DNA of 64,000 nucleotides. Source: Candidatus Omnitrophota bacterium. GTDB lineage: Bacteria > Omnitrophota > Gorgyraeia > Zapsychrales > Zapsychraceae. The translations under genes and the position numbers were made by a program. Location: NCBI GenBank assembly GCA_023247445.1, contig JAHFGL010000008.1, positions 13,774-77,773 on the forward strand, written 5' to 3'. How positions within the stretch are numbered: position 1 is the stretch's first letter; every line of letters starts with the position of its first letter. The notes beneath the pieces were generated by a model that saw only the letters and a list, made by a program, of their open reading frames with translations, searched no databases and was not told where the DNA came from. Shown piece after piece: positions 19,313 through 28,644 of the stretch.

Positions 19313-20386
19313 ATGCAAGACAAATTTAACATGGATGGACATAAACTTCATTGGCATCTCGATCGGGTTAATGATTTTATGCAGGGCAAAAGGATCGCGC
19401 CGCTTCACATCGATTTGGGAATCACCACTGGATGTAATATGGCCTGCACATATTGTTATGGCGTCATTCAAGGACGCACCGGTATGAGCACCCGTACCGA
19501 TATGCCGGCAGAAACGATTACCCGTTTTTTCAGAGATGCGAAAGAGGTAGGTGTTCGTTCAATTGCCATTATAGGGGAAGGGGAGAATACGGTTAACCCC
19601 GCTATTTGGGATGCCTTTGCCTGCGCTAAGGAGATTGGTTTGGACATCAGCCTTGCCACCAACGGCATGGTTGTTCCCAAAGATAAGATATATGACATGC
19701 TTTCAGCTTTGATGTGGATTAGAATCAATATCAGTGCCGCCGACCCGGAGGCATTTTACAAACTCCATAGGGTCAGACAATTTGAAAATGTTTGCAACAA
19801 TATTAAGGCGCTTGTGGCAGTCAAGAAGCAACATGGTTTGAAAACAACGATTGGAATGCAGATGGTTGTCATGGACAATAACATGGATCAAATTGTCCCT
19901 TTAGCCAAGTTAGGTAAGGAGCTAGGTGTTGACTATTTGGTCGTGAAAGCCTGTTCGGACACCAAAGAAAAAACTTTGGATTCACCCAGCGAAAAATATC
20001 TCGAAATTGAATCGACTTTAAAAGAAGCGGAGTCCTTAAGCGAAGGAGATTACCGCGTTATCATCAAGTGGCATAAGCTTCAGAATAAAGGAATTAAGGA
20101 TTATAAGGTCTGTTATGGAACAAATTTTATCCTCGCCATTAGCGGGAAGGGATGCGTGTATCCCTGCGGGCATTGGTTTGATATCCGATCGGATGAGTTT
20201 TTTATGGGTAATATCAATGAAACGTCTTTCAAGGACATCGTTGCCAGCGATCGCTACGCCGAGGTACAAAAGAGAATCCAAAAGGTCGATGTCAACTGTG
20301 AATGTGAGAGCAATTGCCGGCCGCACTATGTCAACCGATATTTGTGGCAATTAAAGAATCCGCCGGAACACGTCAATTTTGTTTAA
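19313..20386 (+). CDS. Radical SAM protein with C-terminal SPASM/twitch-like cysteine domain
   Basis: CNMACTYC; C-terminal CYG...GCVYPCG...GNI...CECESNC; GGGGGG SD before ATG 19313. Confidence 0.85.
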   Translation: MQDKFNMDGHKLHWHLDRVNDFMQGKRIAPLHIDLGITTGCNMACTYCYGVIQGRTGMSTRTDMPAETITRFFRDAKEVGVRSIAIIGEGENTVNPAIWDAFACAKEIGLDISLATNGMVVPKDKIYDMLSALMWIRINISAADPEAFYKLHRVRQFENVCNNIKALVAVKKQHGLKTTIGMQMVVMDNNMDQIVPLAKLGKELGVDYLVVKACSDTKEKTLDSPSEKYLEIESTLKEAESLSEGDYRVIIKWHKLQNKGIKDYKVCYGTNFILAISGKGCVYPCGHWFDIRSDEFFMGNINETSFKDIVASDRYAEVQKRIQKVDVNCECESNCRPHYVNRYLWQLKNPPEHVNFV

Positions 20387-20404
20387 TAGCAAAAAGGATT
20401 ATCT

Positions 20405-21271
20405 ATGAAAATTTTGGTTTTCGGTTCAACCGGGCTTATTGGCACGGCTCTTGAGATTGTGAGCCGTAAAAAAAACATCCAGTGTGTCGGTTTGGGACAT
20501 CACGATGTTGACGCAACGGATGAACAGGCTGTGCGTAAAGCAATCATTGAACACCGCCCAACGGTTGTGATTAATAGTGTCGTGATCATCGGCCCGCCGT
20601 GTGAAGAAGATCCATTAAAGGCATTTCAGGTAAATACATTAGCCGCTTATTACATGGCCAGGGTATGTGCTCAAGAAGATATCCTATTTATTCAACCAAG
20701 CACCCATGCTGTTTTTGACGGGACATTAGATGATTTCTACACGGAATCCGATGAGCCGCGGCCCATGAATATTTATAGCGGCAGTAAATACTTGGCAGAA
20801 ATTTTTGCAGCTAATTTATGTCCTAAACATTATATTGTACGTTTTCCGACGATGTTCGGCCCGCGCAGAAATCAGAAAGGAGGGTTCGTAGACAAGATGC
20901 TTGCTCGAATCAAAAGCGGACAGGAGTTAAGAGTAGTCGTTGATAAAATCGATTCTTTAAGTTATTCCATTGATATTGCCGGGCAGATACTCTTGATGCT
21001 AGACCGCCAGGTTCCTTATGGATTTTATCATCTGGCTAACGCGGGAAAGATTAGTTTTTATGAGTTCATCAGGAAAATGATGCAGTTGTTAGAGGTAAAA
21101 AATAACCTTGTACCGGCCAAGGCAGGCGATTTTTCGACGCAAGGTCATCAATCCTTAAAAACCGCCATGAAATCGGAAAAACTTCCTTCTTTGAGAAATT
21201 GGGAAGAGGCTTTATCCGAATACGTTTCCGTTTATTTAAAACCAGGAATTCATGAGGAGGTAAAAAAGTGA
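20405..21271 (+). CDS. RmlD-like NDP-4-keto-sugar reductase
   Basis: GSTGLIG, STHAVFDG, PMNIYSGSK, WEEAL. Confidence 0.8.
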   Translation: MKILVFGSTGLIGTALEIVSRKKNIQCVGLGHHDVDATDEQAVRKAIIEHRPTVVINSVVIIGPPCEEDPLKAFQVNTLAAYYMARVCAQEDILFIQPSTHAVFDGTLDDFYTESDEPRPMNIYSGSKYLAEIFAANLCPKHYIVRFPTMFGPRRNQKGGFVDKMLARIKSGQELRVVVDKIDSLSYSIDIAGQILLMLDRQVPYGFYHLANAGKISFYEFIRKMMQLLEVKNNLVPAKAGDFSTQGHQSLKTAMKSEKLPSLRNWEEALSEYVSVYLKPGIHEEVKK

Positions 21272-22497
21272 GCTTTTACGATGTTTCCATGGAAATTATT
21301 TCTCGAGAGATAAAAAATAGGGACAATTTGCAAAAGGTTATTAAAAAAATTGAGACCGCTTCTAAAAATGGAAAGAAAATCGCGTTTTATCCTTCTGGGG
21401 TATACAGCCGAGTTATGTTAAAAGAAATCCGTCAGTACGCGCCGGAGCTTCTCTCAAAGGTGCTCGGTTGCTTTGATCGCTCCTCTGAAGCCACGATGGA
21501 AGGTGATGTTAACGTCTATGAATTGGCGGAATTAAACAAACTTAAAGATAAAATTGGTCTATTGGTGGTTACATCCAATACCTTTCATGCCAAGGAAATG
21601 AGACATATCCAGGAATTGACCAGCTATAAAGGCCGGGTTTTAAACACCTCGCGTTTTGATATCACATTTCCCGAGAAAAATGATAAAGAAATTATTGCTG
21701 ATATTAAAAAAGTTTACGATCTGTTAGCGGATCAAAAATCAAAGATGGCCTATCTTATTACATGGTTGTCACGTTTGCTTAATGACGAAGATTTGACATA
21801 CATATTCGAAAGTGAAGATACCCGGGACGTCGATGTGAGTAATCCTATTTTGAAATATAAAAACTATATGATTGAAGGGTTAGATGATGTATGCAAACAA
21901 GAACTCAACGCTGAACTTTATGAGATGAAATATGTGAAATCTTTACCCGGGGATGTCGTTTTTGACGTCGGCGCTTATAAAGGCGATACCGCGGTCTATT
22001 TCGCCGATCGTGTCGGCAAAAAGGGAAAAGTTTATTCTTTTGAGCCGGTTAAAGCCAATTACAATACGCTCGTCAAAAATATCAAGAGAAATAAACTAGA
22101 AGATATCATCGTTCCCATCAATAAAGGCTGCGCGCCTAAAACGGGCTCTTTAAAAATTGTTTCTTCGAATTCTGGTGCGCCATGGTCTTTTGTGTCGGAA
22201 AACAAGGGCATTGAGAATGTGGAAATGATCGCCCTGGATGATTTTATCCGATCCAATAAAATTGATAAACTTGATTTTATCAAAATGGATGTCGAGGGAT
22301 TCGAAGAGAGCGCTCTTCTTGGCGCCCAAGAAACCATTAAACAGTTTAGGCCCAAATTGGCCATTTGTCTTTATCATCTATCCAGCGATATATTGCGTAT
22401 TCCGTTTATGATCCATAAGTTGGCGGATTACAAGCTGTATGTCCGCTGCCAAATGGAAGGGCCATACGGGATTAATCTATACGGAATTAAAAAATAA
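21268..22497 (+). CDS. FkbM-family methyltransferase with N-terminal extension
   Basis: FDVGAYKGD, FEP, FIKMDVEGFE, PKLAICLYH. Confidence 0.85.
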   Translation: MSFYDVSMEIISREIKNRDNLQKVIKKIETASKNGKKIAFYPSGVYSRVMLKEIRQYAPELLSKVLGCFDRSSEATMEGDVNVYELAELNKLKDKIGLLVVTSNTFHAKEMRHIQELTSYKGRVLNTSRFDITFPEKNDKEIIADIKKVYDLLADQKSKMAYLITWLSRLLNDEDLTYIFESEDTRDVDVSNPILKYKNYMIEGLDDVCKQELNAELYEMKYVKSLPGDVVFDVGAYKGDTAVYFADRVGKKGKVYSFEPVKANYNTLVKNIKRNKLEDIIVPINKGCAPKTGSLKIVSSNSGAPWSFVSENKGIENVEMIALDDFIRSNKIDKLDFIKMDVEGFEESALLGAQETIKQFRPKLAICLYHLSSDILRIPFMIHKLADYKLYVRCQMEGPYGINLYGIKK

Positions 22498-23750
22498 TGC
22501 GTGAATTTTTAATTTGTCAAATAGAACAAGCGAAAAAAGACCCTTTTAGAGTTTTACCCAAAAAGATAGGCCGGTTTCTGTTACTGATATTGGTCCTGCC
22601 GATTATTGCGGTTATCCGCCTGATCAGTCCCTGGATACTTATTCGATTTGGTCAGTTGCCCAGTAGCCGCCTCGGACCTTTTTCCATGTGCCCGGAGCTG
22701 TATTTCTGCGAACGTGACCAAGGTCTTCAGCCCAAAAGCGTTGATTTTTTTTACTGCAACAATGAAAAGATTGCGAATTCCTATTTAAAGAAAATGTGGG
22801 GACGCTTGCTTCACGTATCTTCTTTGACAAAAACATTTATATCTGCCAGCAAGCTATTACCGGGCCATAAAAGACATGGAATTGAACTTCCCCATGAACA
22901 CGATTATCGCGCGCTACTGGCTACAACAGAGCGGACTCATATTTACTTTACTGATGAAGAAAAAGAAAAAGGAAAGCAGTTTTTGGTCCAAAGAGGAGTT
23001 TCAACGAATCAAAAATTTGTTTGTTTCGCATCCAGAGATTCGGTTTACCTTAATACGGTGCAGCCGCAAAACAATTGGGATTATCATAATTATCGTGATT
23101 TTAATATACACGATTGCCTTCCAGCAGCGGAAGAATTGACCAAAAGAGGCTACACGCTATTTCGTATGGGGGCAATCGTTCAGGAAACGCTTAAGACGGA
23201 TAATCCTCGGATTATTGACTACGCAACACAGTTTCGCAATGAGTTCTTAGATATTTTTTTGTTAGGCAGTTGCCGTTTTTATTTGGGTTCTTTAAGTGGG
23301 ATTAACAGCGTCTCTATGATATTCCGCCGTCCTAAAGCGGTTGTCAACGCCGTTCCCATGGAGACGGTTCATACATGGATGCCAAATGATTTATTTATCC
23401 CAAAAAAGATATGGCATCATCGGGAAGGTCGTTTTTTGACTTTCGAAGAGATGCTCGATTCTAATATTGGAGGTTTTCATCGCGGCGATCAATACGCACA
23501 ACACGATTTGGAAGTGGTTAATAATACGGCCGAAGAAATAATGTCGTTGGCTGTGGAAATGGATGAACGGTTAAACGGTATTTGGCAAACGGCCGAAGGA
23601 GATGAGGCCCTGCAGGAACAGTTTCGAGAAATTTTCAGGCGGAAAACATGCCATCGAAAAATTCTCGCGCGGATCGGCCGAAATTTTTTAAGACAAAACC
23701 GTTGGTTATTAGAGGGGGAAAAGAGTGAAATCGTTAGTATTCATTTGTGA
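22497..23750 (+). CDS. Putative glycosyltransferase (TIGR04372-like)
   Basis: SRLG, SRDSVY, HNYRD, FRMG, DIFL..CRFYLGSLSG, NTAEEI pattern; N-terminal hydrophobic anchor. Confidence 0.65.
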   Translation: MREFLICQIEQAKKDPFRVLPKKIGRFLLLILVLPIIAVIRLISPWILIRFGQLPSSRLGPFSMCPELYFCERDQGLQPKSVDFFYCNNEKIANSYLKKMWGRLLHVSSLTKTFISASKLLPGHKRHGIELPHEHDYRALLATTERTHIYFTDEEKEKGKQFLVQRGVSTNQKFVCFASRDSVYLNTVQPQNNWDYHNYRDFNIHDCLPAAEELTKRGYTLFRMGAIVQETLKTDNPRIIDYATQFRNEFLDIFLLGSCRFYLGSLSGINSVSMIFRRPKAVVNAVPMETVHTWMPNDLFIPKKIWHHREGRFLTFEEMLDSNIGGFHRGDQYAQHDLEVVNNTAEEIMSLAVEMDERLNGIWQTAEGDEALQEQFREIFRRKTCHRKILARIGRNFLRQNRWLLEGEKSEIVSIHL

Positions 23751-25518
23751 AATTTTTAAGAAATTTCCGTTTTTGCTGACCGCCAATGTTCTTTTGTTCG
23801 TGGTGGTAGGCGTCTTGGGGGCATGTTCGCTGTTATCCGCCGGGCCTTTGGTTGATTTTTTTCTCGATCCGCAATTACACAACGCAAGTGCTCTGACGAA
23901 GAAGGCGGTAGCGTTTTTGGCATCTTGGGGAATTCCGGCAACGCTCGCCACTTGGACGATTGTCCTTATCGTTTTTGTTGCTTTGGTCAATGTGTTTCAG
24001 GTTTTAGCCAGGCATTCCATTCTTAAGACCAAATACGCCGTATTGCGGGATTTGATGCTTGGGACATTTGAAGATTTTTTCAATACACGCTGGTATTTTT
24101 TCAGCAGCGGCAGACAGGGAATGTTGCTTAATACCTTTACACGCGAAATTACCGTCATTGGAGATGCCTTTGGAGCCATGGCGCTTTTTTTTGCCAATAT
24201 ATTACAATTGGGTTTTGCTCTTGTTATTCCATTTTATCTGTCGTGGCAGGTTACGTTAATTAGCCTCAGCGCCGCCTTACTGTTCGCCCTGCCGTTTGCC
24301 TTATTTAGCAAATACAGTTATCGTTTGGGAAAGCTTAATACGGCAACGGCTAATGAGATGACTTCGGTCGTGCATGAGAATCTCGCCGCCGCTAAACTTT
24401 TATTGGGATTCGGCAACCAGAAAAAAGGCAATGACCGTTTCGCCGAGGCTTTTGACGCGCACCGTTGTGTGACGGTGAAGTCTCAAATCATCAACATAGC
24501 CATTCCAATTCTCTATCGTCCTTTTGCGATTATTACGGTTGTTATTGCTTTATTTGCGGCACAGCGGTTCCATGTGCCGTTTTCTGAGATAACTATATTG
24601 TTGTTTGCTCTTTTACAAGTGGCGATTTCACTCAGCAGTATTACGACCCAAAAAAACGCCTTGGAGAATTTTTTCCCAAGTTATGAACAAATTAAGCATC
24701 TGCGCGAGCGTGCGCGTGAAATGCGTCAACCGCTGGGCAAAAGAGAATTCAAAGGTTTTAAAGAGAATATTATGGTTGAGCATTTGTCTTTCTCTTATCC
24801 GGGCCATGCGCCTGTCTTAAAAGAAGTAAATATTCGTATTGCTAAAGGTAAAATGATTGCGCTCGTCGGAAAATCCGGCGCAGGTAAGTCAACCTTAATT
24901 GATATTCTCATGGGCTTTCATCAACAGACCGCAGGGCGCATTATGTTCGATGGAATCTCTTTTCAAGAGTATGATACCAATTCATATCGTTGCTGTATTG
25001 GCTATGTGCCGCAGGACAGTGTTTTATTTAACATGAGCATTCGTGACAATTTGTTATGGGCAAACCCGAAAGCATCACAAAAGCAATTAGAAGAGGCTTG
25101 TCGTTTGGCTTATGCCGATGAATTTATCAGCCGTTTGCCGGAAGGGGATAACACCGTTGTTGGAGACCGTGGGGTGCGGCTTTCAGGCGGACAAATCCAG
25201 AGGATGGCCTTAGCCAGGGCTTTTGTCCGCTGTCCGGAACTTTTGATTTTAGATGAAGCGACCAGTTCGCTGGATACGCATTCCGAGAGGTTTATTCAAA
25301 AAGCTATTGAAAATATCGCAACCCAGACGACTGTGGTTGTTGTCGCGCATCGTCTTTCAACTATTAAGAAAGCGGATTGTATTTATGTTATGGAAAACGG
25401 CCAGATCGCAGAAGAAGGGACGTATGCGGATCTTGTTGGCAGCGAGGGCCGTTTTAATTCCATGGTTAAGCTTCAGGAGCTGGAAGTTCTTTCTACGAAT
25501 AATATGATCAAAATATGA
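23725..25518 (+). CDS. ABC exporter, fused TMD-NBD (MsbA/PglK/Wzk-like lipid-linked glycan flippase)
   Basis: N-terminal TM helices; GKSGAGKST, LSGGQ, ILDEATSSLD, AHRLST. Confidence 0.9.
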   Translation: MKSLVFICEIFKKFPFLLTANVLLFVVVGVLGACSLLSAGPLVDFFLDPQLHNASALTKKAVAFLASWGIPATLATWTIVLIVFVALVNVFQVLARHSILKTKYAVLRDLMLGTFEDFFNTRWYFFSSGRQGMLLNTFTREITVIGDAFGAMALFFANILQLGFALVIPFYLSWQVTLISLSAALLFALPFALFSKYSYRLGKLNTATANEMTSVVHENLAAAKLLLGFGNQKKGNDRFAEAFDAHRCVTVKSQIINIAIPILYRPFAIITVVIALFAAQRFHVPFSEITILLFALLQVAISLSSITTQKNALENFFPSYEQIKHLRERAREMRQPLGKREFKGFKENIMVEHLSFSYPGHAPVLKEVNIRIAKGKMIALVGKSGAGKSTLIDILMGFHQQTAGRIMFDGISFQEYDTNSYRCCIGYVPQDSVLFNMSIRDNLLWANPKASQKQLEEACRLAYADEFISRLPEGDNTVVGDRGVRLSGGQIQRMALARAFVRCPELLILDEATSSLDTHSERFIQKAIENIATQTTVVVVAHRLSTIKKADCIYVMENGQIAEEGTYADLVGSEGRFNSMVKLQELEVLSTNNMIKI

Positions 25519-26630
25519 GTAAAAATCCTTATATAAAAATAGCCAATCGTTTAGTCGGCCAAGACTATCCACCTTTAGTGATCGCTGAAATCGGCATTAA
25601 CCATGAAGGGAGTCTTAAAAAAGCGCTTCAAATGGTCGATGACGCGAAAAAAGCCGAATGTGAGTGCGTTAAGTTTCAATGTCATGTCATTGAAGATGAA
25701 ATGATTCCGGCGGCTAAATCCGTTATTCCAGGAAATGCTAAAGAAAGTATTTGGAATATTATGGAAAGATGCGCCCTTAGCGAAAAAGAGGAGGCGCATT
25801 TAAAAAAATACGTTGAATCGAAAGGCATGATTTATCTTTCAACGCCGTTTTCGCGCTCGGCGGCGGAAAGGTTAGAAAAAATGAAAGTAATAGCGTATAA
25901 AATTGGTTCCGGCGAATGTAATAATTATCCTTTAATCGAGCATATAGCTTCCTACGGCAAGCTCGTCATTCTTAGCACGGGTATGAATGATCTCTCAACT
26001 ATAACGCCAGCGGTTAAAATCTTAAGAAAGATGAGAGTTCCCTTTGCTTTAATGCATTGTACGTCCATGTATCCCACTCCTTACGCGAAGGTACGCTTGG
26101 GCGCTGTTTCCGAATTGGCTAAAACCTTTCCGGATGCCGTTCTTGGCTTAAGCGATCATTCATTGGGAATTTATACATGTCTTGCCTCGGTGGTTTTGGG
26201 CGCTAGTATTCTTGAGAAACATTTCACCTCCGATAAGACTTGGTCTGGCCCGGATGTTCCTATTTCCATAGATCCATTGGAGCTTAAAGAATTAATCGAG
26301 GGATCAAAAGCTATTCACCAGGCTCTGGGCGGGCAAAAAGATATTTTAGCTCAGGAACAGCCGACGATTGATTTTGCCTATGCGTGTGTTGTCTCAACGC
26401 GAGACATCCGCCAAGCAGAAGCGTTAACGAGGGAAAATATTTGGGTAAAACGTCCTGGAACGGGAGAGATTAAGGCAAAAGACTTTAATAATCTTTTAGG
26501 AAAAAAAGTCAACGTTAGTATTAAAAAAAATGAACAGTTAAAGTGGAATCAAATAATCCATGGTAAATATAGTTTAAACTTTAAGGAGGAAGAGTCCAAT
26601 GCGAATTTATCTCGCGCAATTAACACATGA
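25515..26630 (+). CDS. neuB: N-acetylneuraminate synthase with C-terminal SAF/AFP domain
   Basis: EIGINHEGSL, IEDEM, KIGSGECNNYPL, GLSDH, VKRPGTG; closely recalls Neisseria SiaC / Campylobacter NeuB1. Confidence 0.9.
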   Translation: MSKNPYIKIANRLVGQDYPPLVIAEIGINHEGSLKKALQMVDDAKKAECECVKFQCHVIEDEMIPAAKSVIPGNAKESIWNIMERCALSEKEEAHLKKYVESKGMIYLSTPFSRSAAERLEKMKVIAYKIGSGECNNYPLIEHIASYGKLVILSTGMNDLSTITPAVKILRKMRVPFALMHCTSMYPTPYAKVRLGAVSELAKTFPDAVLGLSDHSLGIYTCLASVVLGASILEKHFTSDKTWSGPDVPISIDPLELKELIEGSKAIHQALGGQKDILAQEQPTIDFAYACVVSTRDIRQAEALTRENIWVKRPGTGEIKAKDFNNLLGKKVNVSIKKNEQLKWNQIIHGKYSLNFKEEESNANLSRAINT

Positions 26631-28644
26631 AAGAAATAGCGTGTTTCAAAATCATTGCTTTCCTCTCGCGGTTGGTTTTATCGGATCGTATCTTAAAAAA
26701 GAGTTTGGAGAACAGGTTGACATTGAACTCTTTAAATCGACTAAAGATTTAAACGAGGCCTTTGCTAGGGCAACCCCGGATGTGCTTATGTTAAGTAGTT
26801 ATATGTGGAACTATAATCTTACTCTTTCTTACACCGAAGAAGCCCGGGCGCAATGTAAAGATTTATTGATTATCGTTGGTGGTCCTCATATTAGTCTCGA
26901 TCCGGCAGAACGCCAAAGATTTTTAAGAGAACACCCAGCCATTGATGCGTATGTACTATTTGAAGGGGAGAGGGTAGCTAAAGAAATCATAACCACGTTT
27001 CTAAACACCAAAAGCAGGGAAGCTGTTAAAAGACTGGCCGTAACACAGTCGGCAATTATTGCTGTTAATGCCAATGAAGATGTCGCTAAGACTTCAGGCG
27101 ATGTTGACCGCTTCAGCCGGATAGGCCTTAAAGGCTCCTCGCTTTCTTTGAATGATATTCCTTCTCCGTATTTAAATGGTATGTTTGATAAGTTCTTTAA
27201 AGATGCCGAGATCCCTTTGATTGAAACCAACCGTGGGTGTCCCTTTACCTGCTCGTTTTGCCAGCAAGGCGGTGAGTATTATACCAAGGTCGTTCATTTT
27301 GACGTTGAGCGTGTACGTCAAGAGATCATGTATATAGCAGACAAAATTGATAAAGAAAAAATTGATGCCTACGTGTTGGAGGTTGCGGATCCGAACTTTG
27401 GGATGTTTGAACGCGACCGCGAGATATGCGCCGCCATTAGAGAAGCTCAGGAGAAAACAGGTTATCCTAAATATGTCGGGTGTTCAACTGGAAAGAATAA
27501 GGCCGATGTCATTATCGAGAACACTTCTTTACTGCAGTTAGGGACCATTCAATTAAGAAGCGCCATGCAATCTTTGCACACAGAAACCTTGGATGCCATT
27601 AAGCGTAAAAATATAAAAGTAGACGCCTATTATCAGATTCAGAAAGATATGGATGCTAAGGGACTCGAAAATAATACCGACATGATGCTCGGGTTGCCTT
27701 TGGAAACCAAGAGCTCGCATTTTAAAGGGATTTTTGATTTGATTGATGCTGGCATCAGAGAATTTTCCTGCGTGCAAACAATAGTTCTTCCAGGGATAGA
27801 AATGGAACTTAAATCCTACAAGGAAAAATATGGCATAAAGACAAAATACCGTTTTATTCCAGAAGGGATCGGCCAGTACAACATTCTCGGTAAAGAGAAA
27901 AATGTCGCTGAAATAGAAGAAATCATTGTTCAGACAAACACGATGTCTTACGAGGATTATTTTGAATGCCGAAAATTGCATTTATTGTTAATGATATTCC
28001 ATAACACGAGATTATTGTCGACTGTTTATAAATACCTGGAAGACTTAAATATTAAAAAATCCGAAATCGTAAAACGCCTGTACGAATATTATCCTCAAAA
28101 CCAAACGCTTAAGAGTTTGCTTGAGGTTTTTAAACAGGACACAGAGAGCGAATTGTTCAATCAGTTAAGTGATATCAATTTTGATTCTCCCAATAATGAG
28201 GCTGTTTCTTACAATAAGATATTTAAACACTTATCCATTGTCTGGTTTGAACATAAAGATATTATCCTCGAGACTTTGACAACCGTTTTGTTGGATATTT
28301 TAGGCCCAGAAAATGCTTCTGAAATAGATGAATTGGTCGAAATTATCAGAATCGGAATGGTTGATCCCTTCCAATATCTTGAAAGGCGAGTGATTCAAAT
28401 TCAATCCAAGAAGCTGCAACGTGTTTTATCATCGCAGCTTGAATATTATCCCTCAGATAGGCAATTAACGACGATACGGATCATTAATAATTTGTATAAA
28501 ACACCTGAGGATAGGATCAATAAAATGGTTTATAAGCTAAGGCCGGTTAATTTGATGCTAAAGATTAGCTTGACCAAAAGTGAAGAGAGCTCGAACTCGA
28601 TGGCAACCTCGATGGCAACAGAGACCTCCGAAGCAGCTTATTAA
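26599..28644 (+). CDS. B12-binding-domain radical SAM protein
   Basis: N-terminal PLAVG...YMWN...GGPH B12-like domain; ETNRGCPFTCSFC; DPNFG; LGLPLET. Confidence 0.85.
   Translation: MRIYLAQLTHERNSVFQNHCFPLAVGFIGSYLKKEFGEQVDIELFKSTKDLNEAFARATPDVLMLSSYMWNYNLTLSYTEEARAQCKDLLIIVGGPHISLDPAERQRFLREHPAIDAYVLFEGERVAKEIITTFLNTKSREAVKRLAVTQSAIIAVNANEDVAKTSGDVDRFSRIGLKGSSLSLNDIPSPYLNGMFDKFFKDAEIPLIETNRGCPFTCSFCQQGGEYYTKVVHFDVERVRQEIMYIADKIDKEKIDAYVLEVADPNFGMFERDREICAAIREAQEKTGYPKYVGCSTGKNKADVIIENTSLLQLGTIQLRSAMQSLHTETLDAIKRKNIKVDAYYQIQKDMDAKGLENNTDMMLGLPLETKSSHFKGIFDLIDAGIREFSCVQTIVLPGIEMELKSYKEKYGIKTKYRFIPEGIGQYNILGKEKNVAEIEEIIVQTNTMSYEDYFECRKLHLLLMIFHNTRLLSTVYKYLEDLNIKKSEIVKRLYEYYPQNQTLKSLLEVFKQDTESELFNQLSDINFDSPNNEAVSYNKIFKHLSIVWFEHKDIILETLTTVLLDILGPENASEIDELVEIIRIGMVDPFQYLERRVIQIQSKKLQRVLSSQLEYYPSDRQLTTIRIINNLYKTPEDRINKMVYKLRPVNLMLKISLTKSEESSNSMATSMATETSEAAY
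28596..28619 (+). repeat. 12-bp tandem duplication (CTCGATGGCAAC x2) encoding SMAT-SMAT
   Basis: Direct repeat read from the sequence, in the C-terminal tail of the radical SAM gene. Confidence 0.8.

Noticed and set aside
19313-20386. SPASM radical SAM as a RiPP maturase
   Set aside because: No adjacent precursor peptide, RRE or peptidase; the context is sugar enzymes, and twitch/SPASM enzymes such as BtrN act on sugars or cyclitols
23904-23914. GGCGGTAGCGT, matching the JUMPstart/ops core
   Set aside because: Inside the ABC transporter CDS and the rest of JUMPstart is absent
28596-28619. 12-bp tandem repeat as a functional VNTR
   Set aside because: Only two copies, in frame, in a probably disordered tail; most likely a neutral slippage duplication
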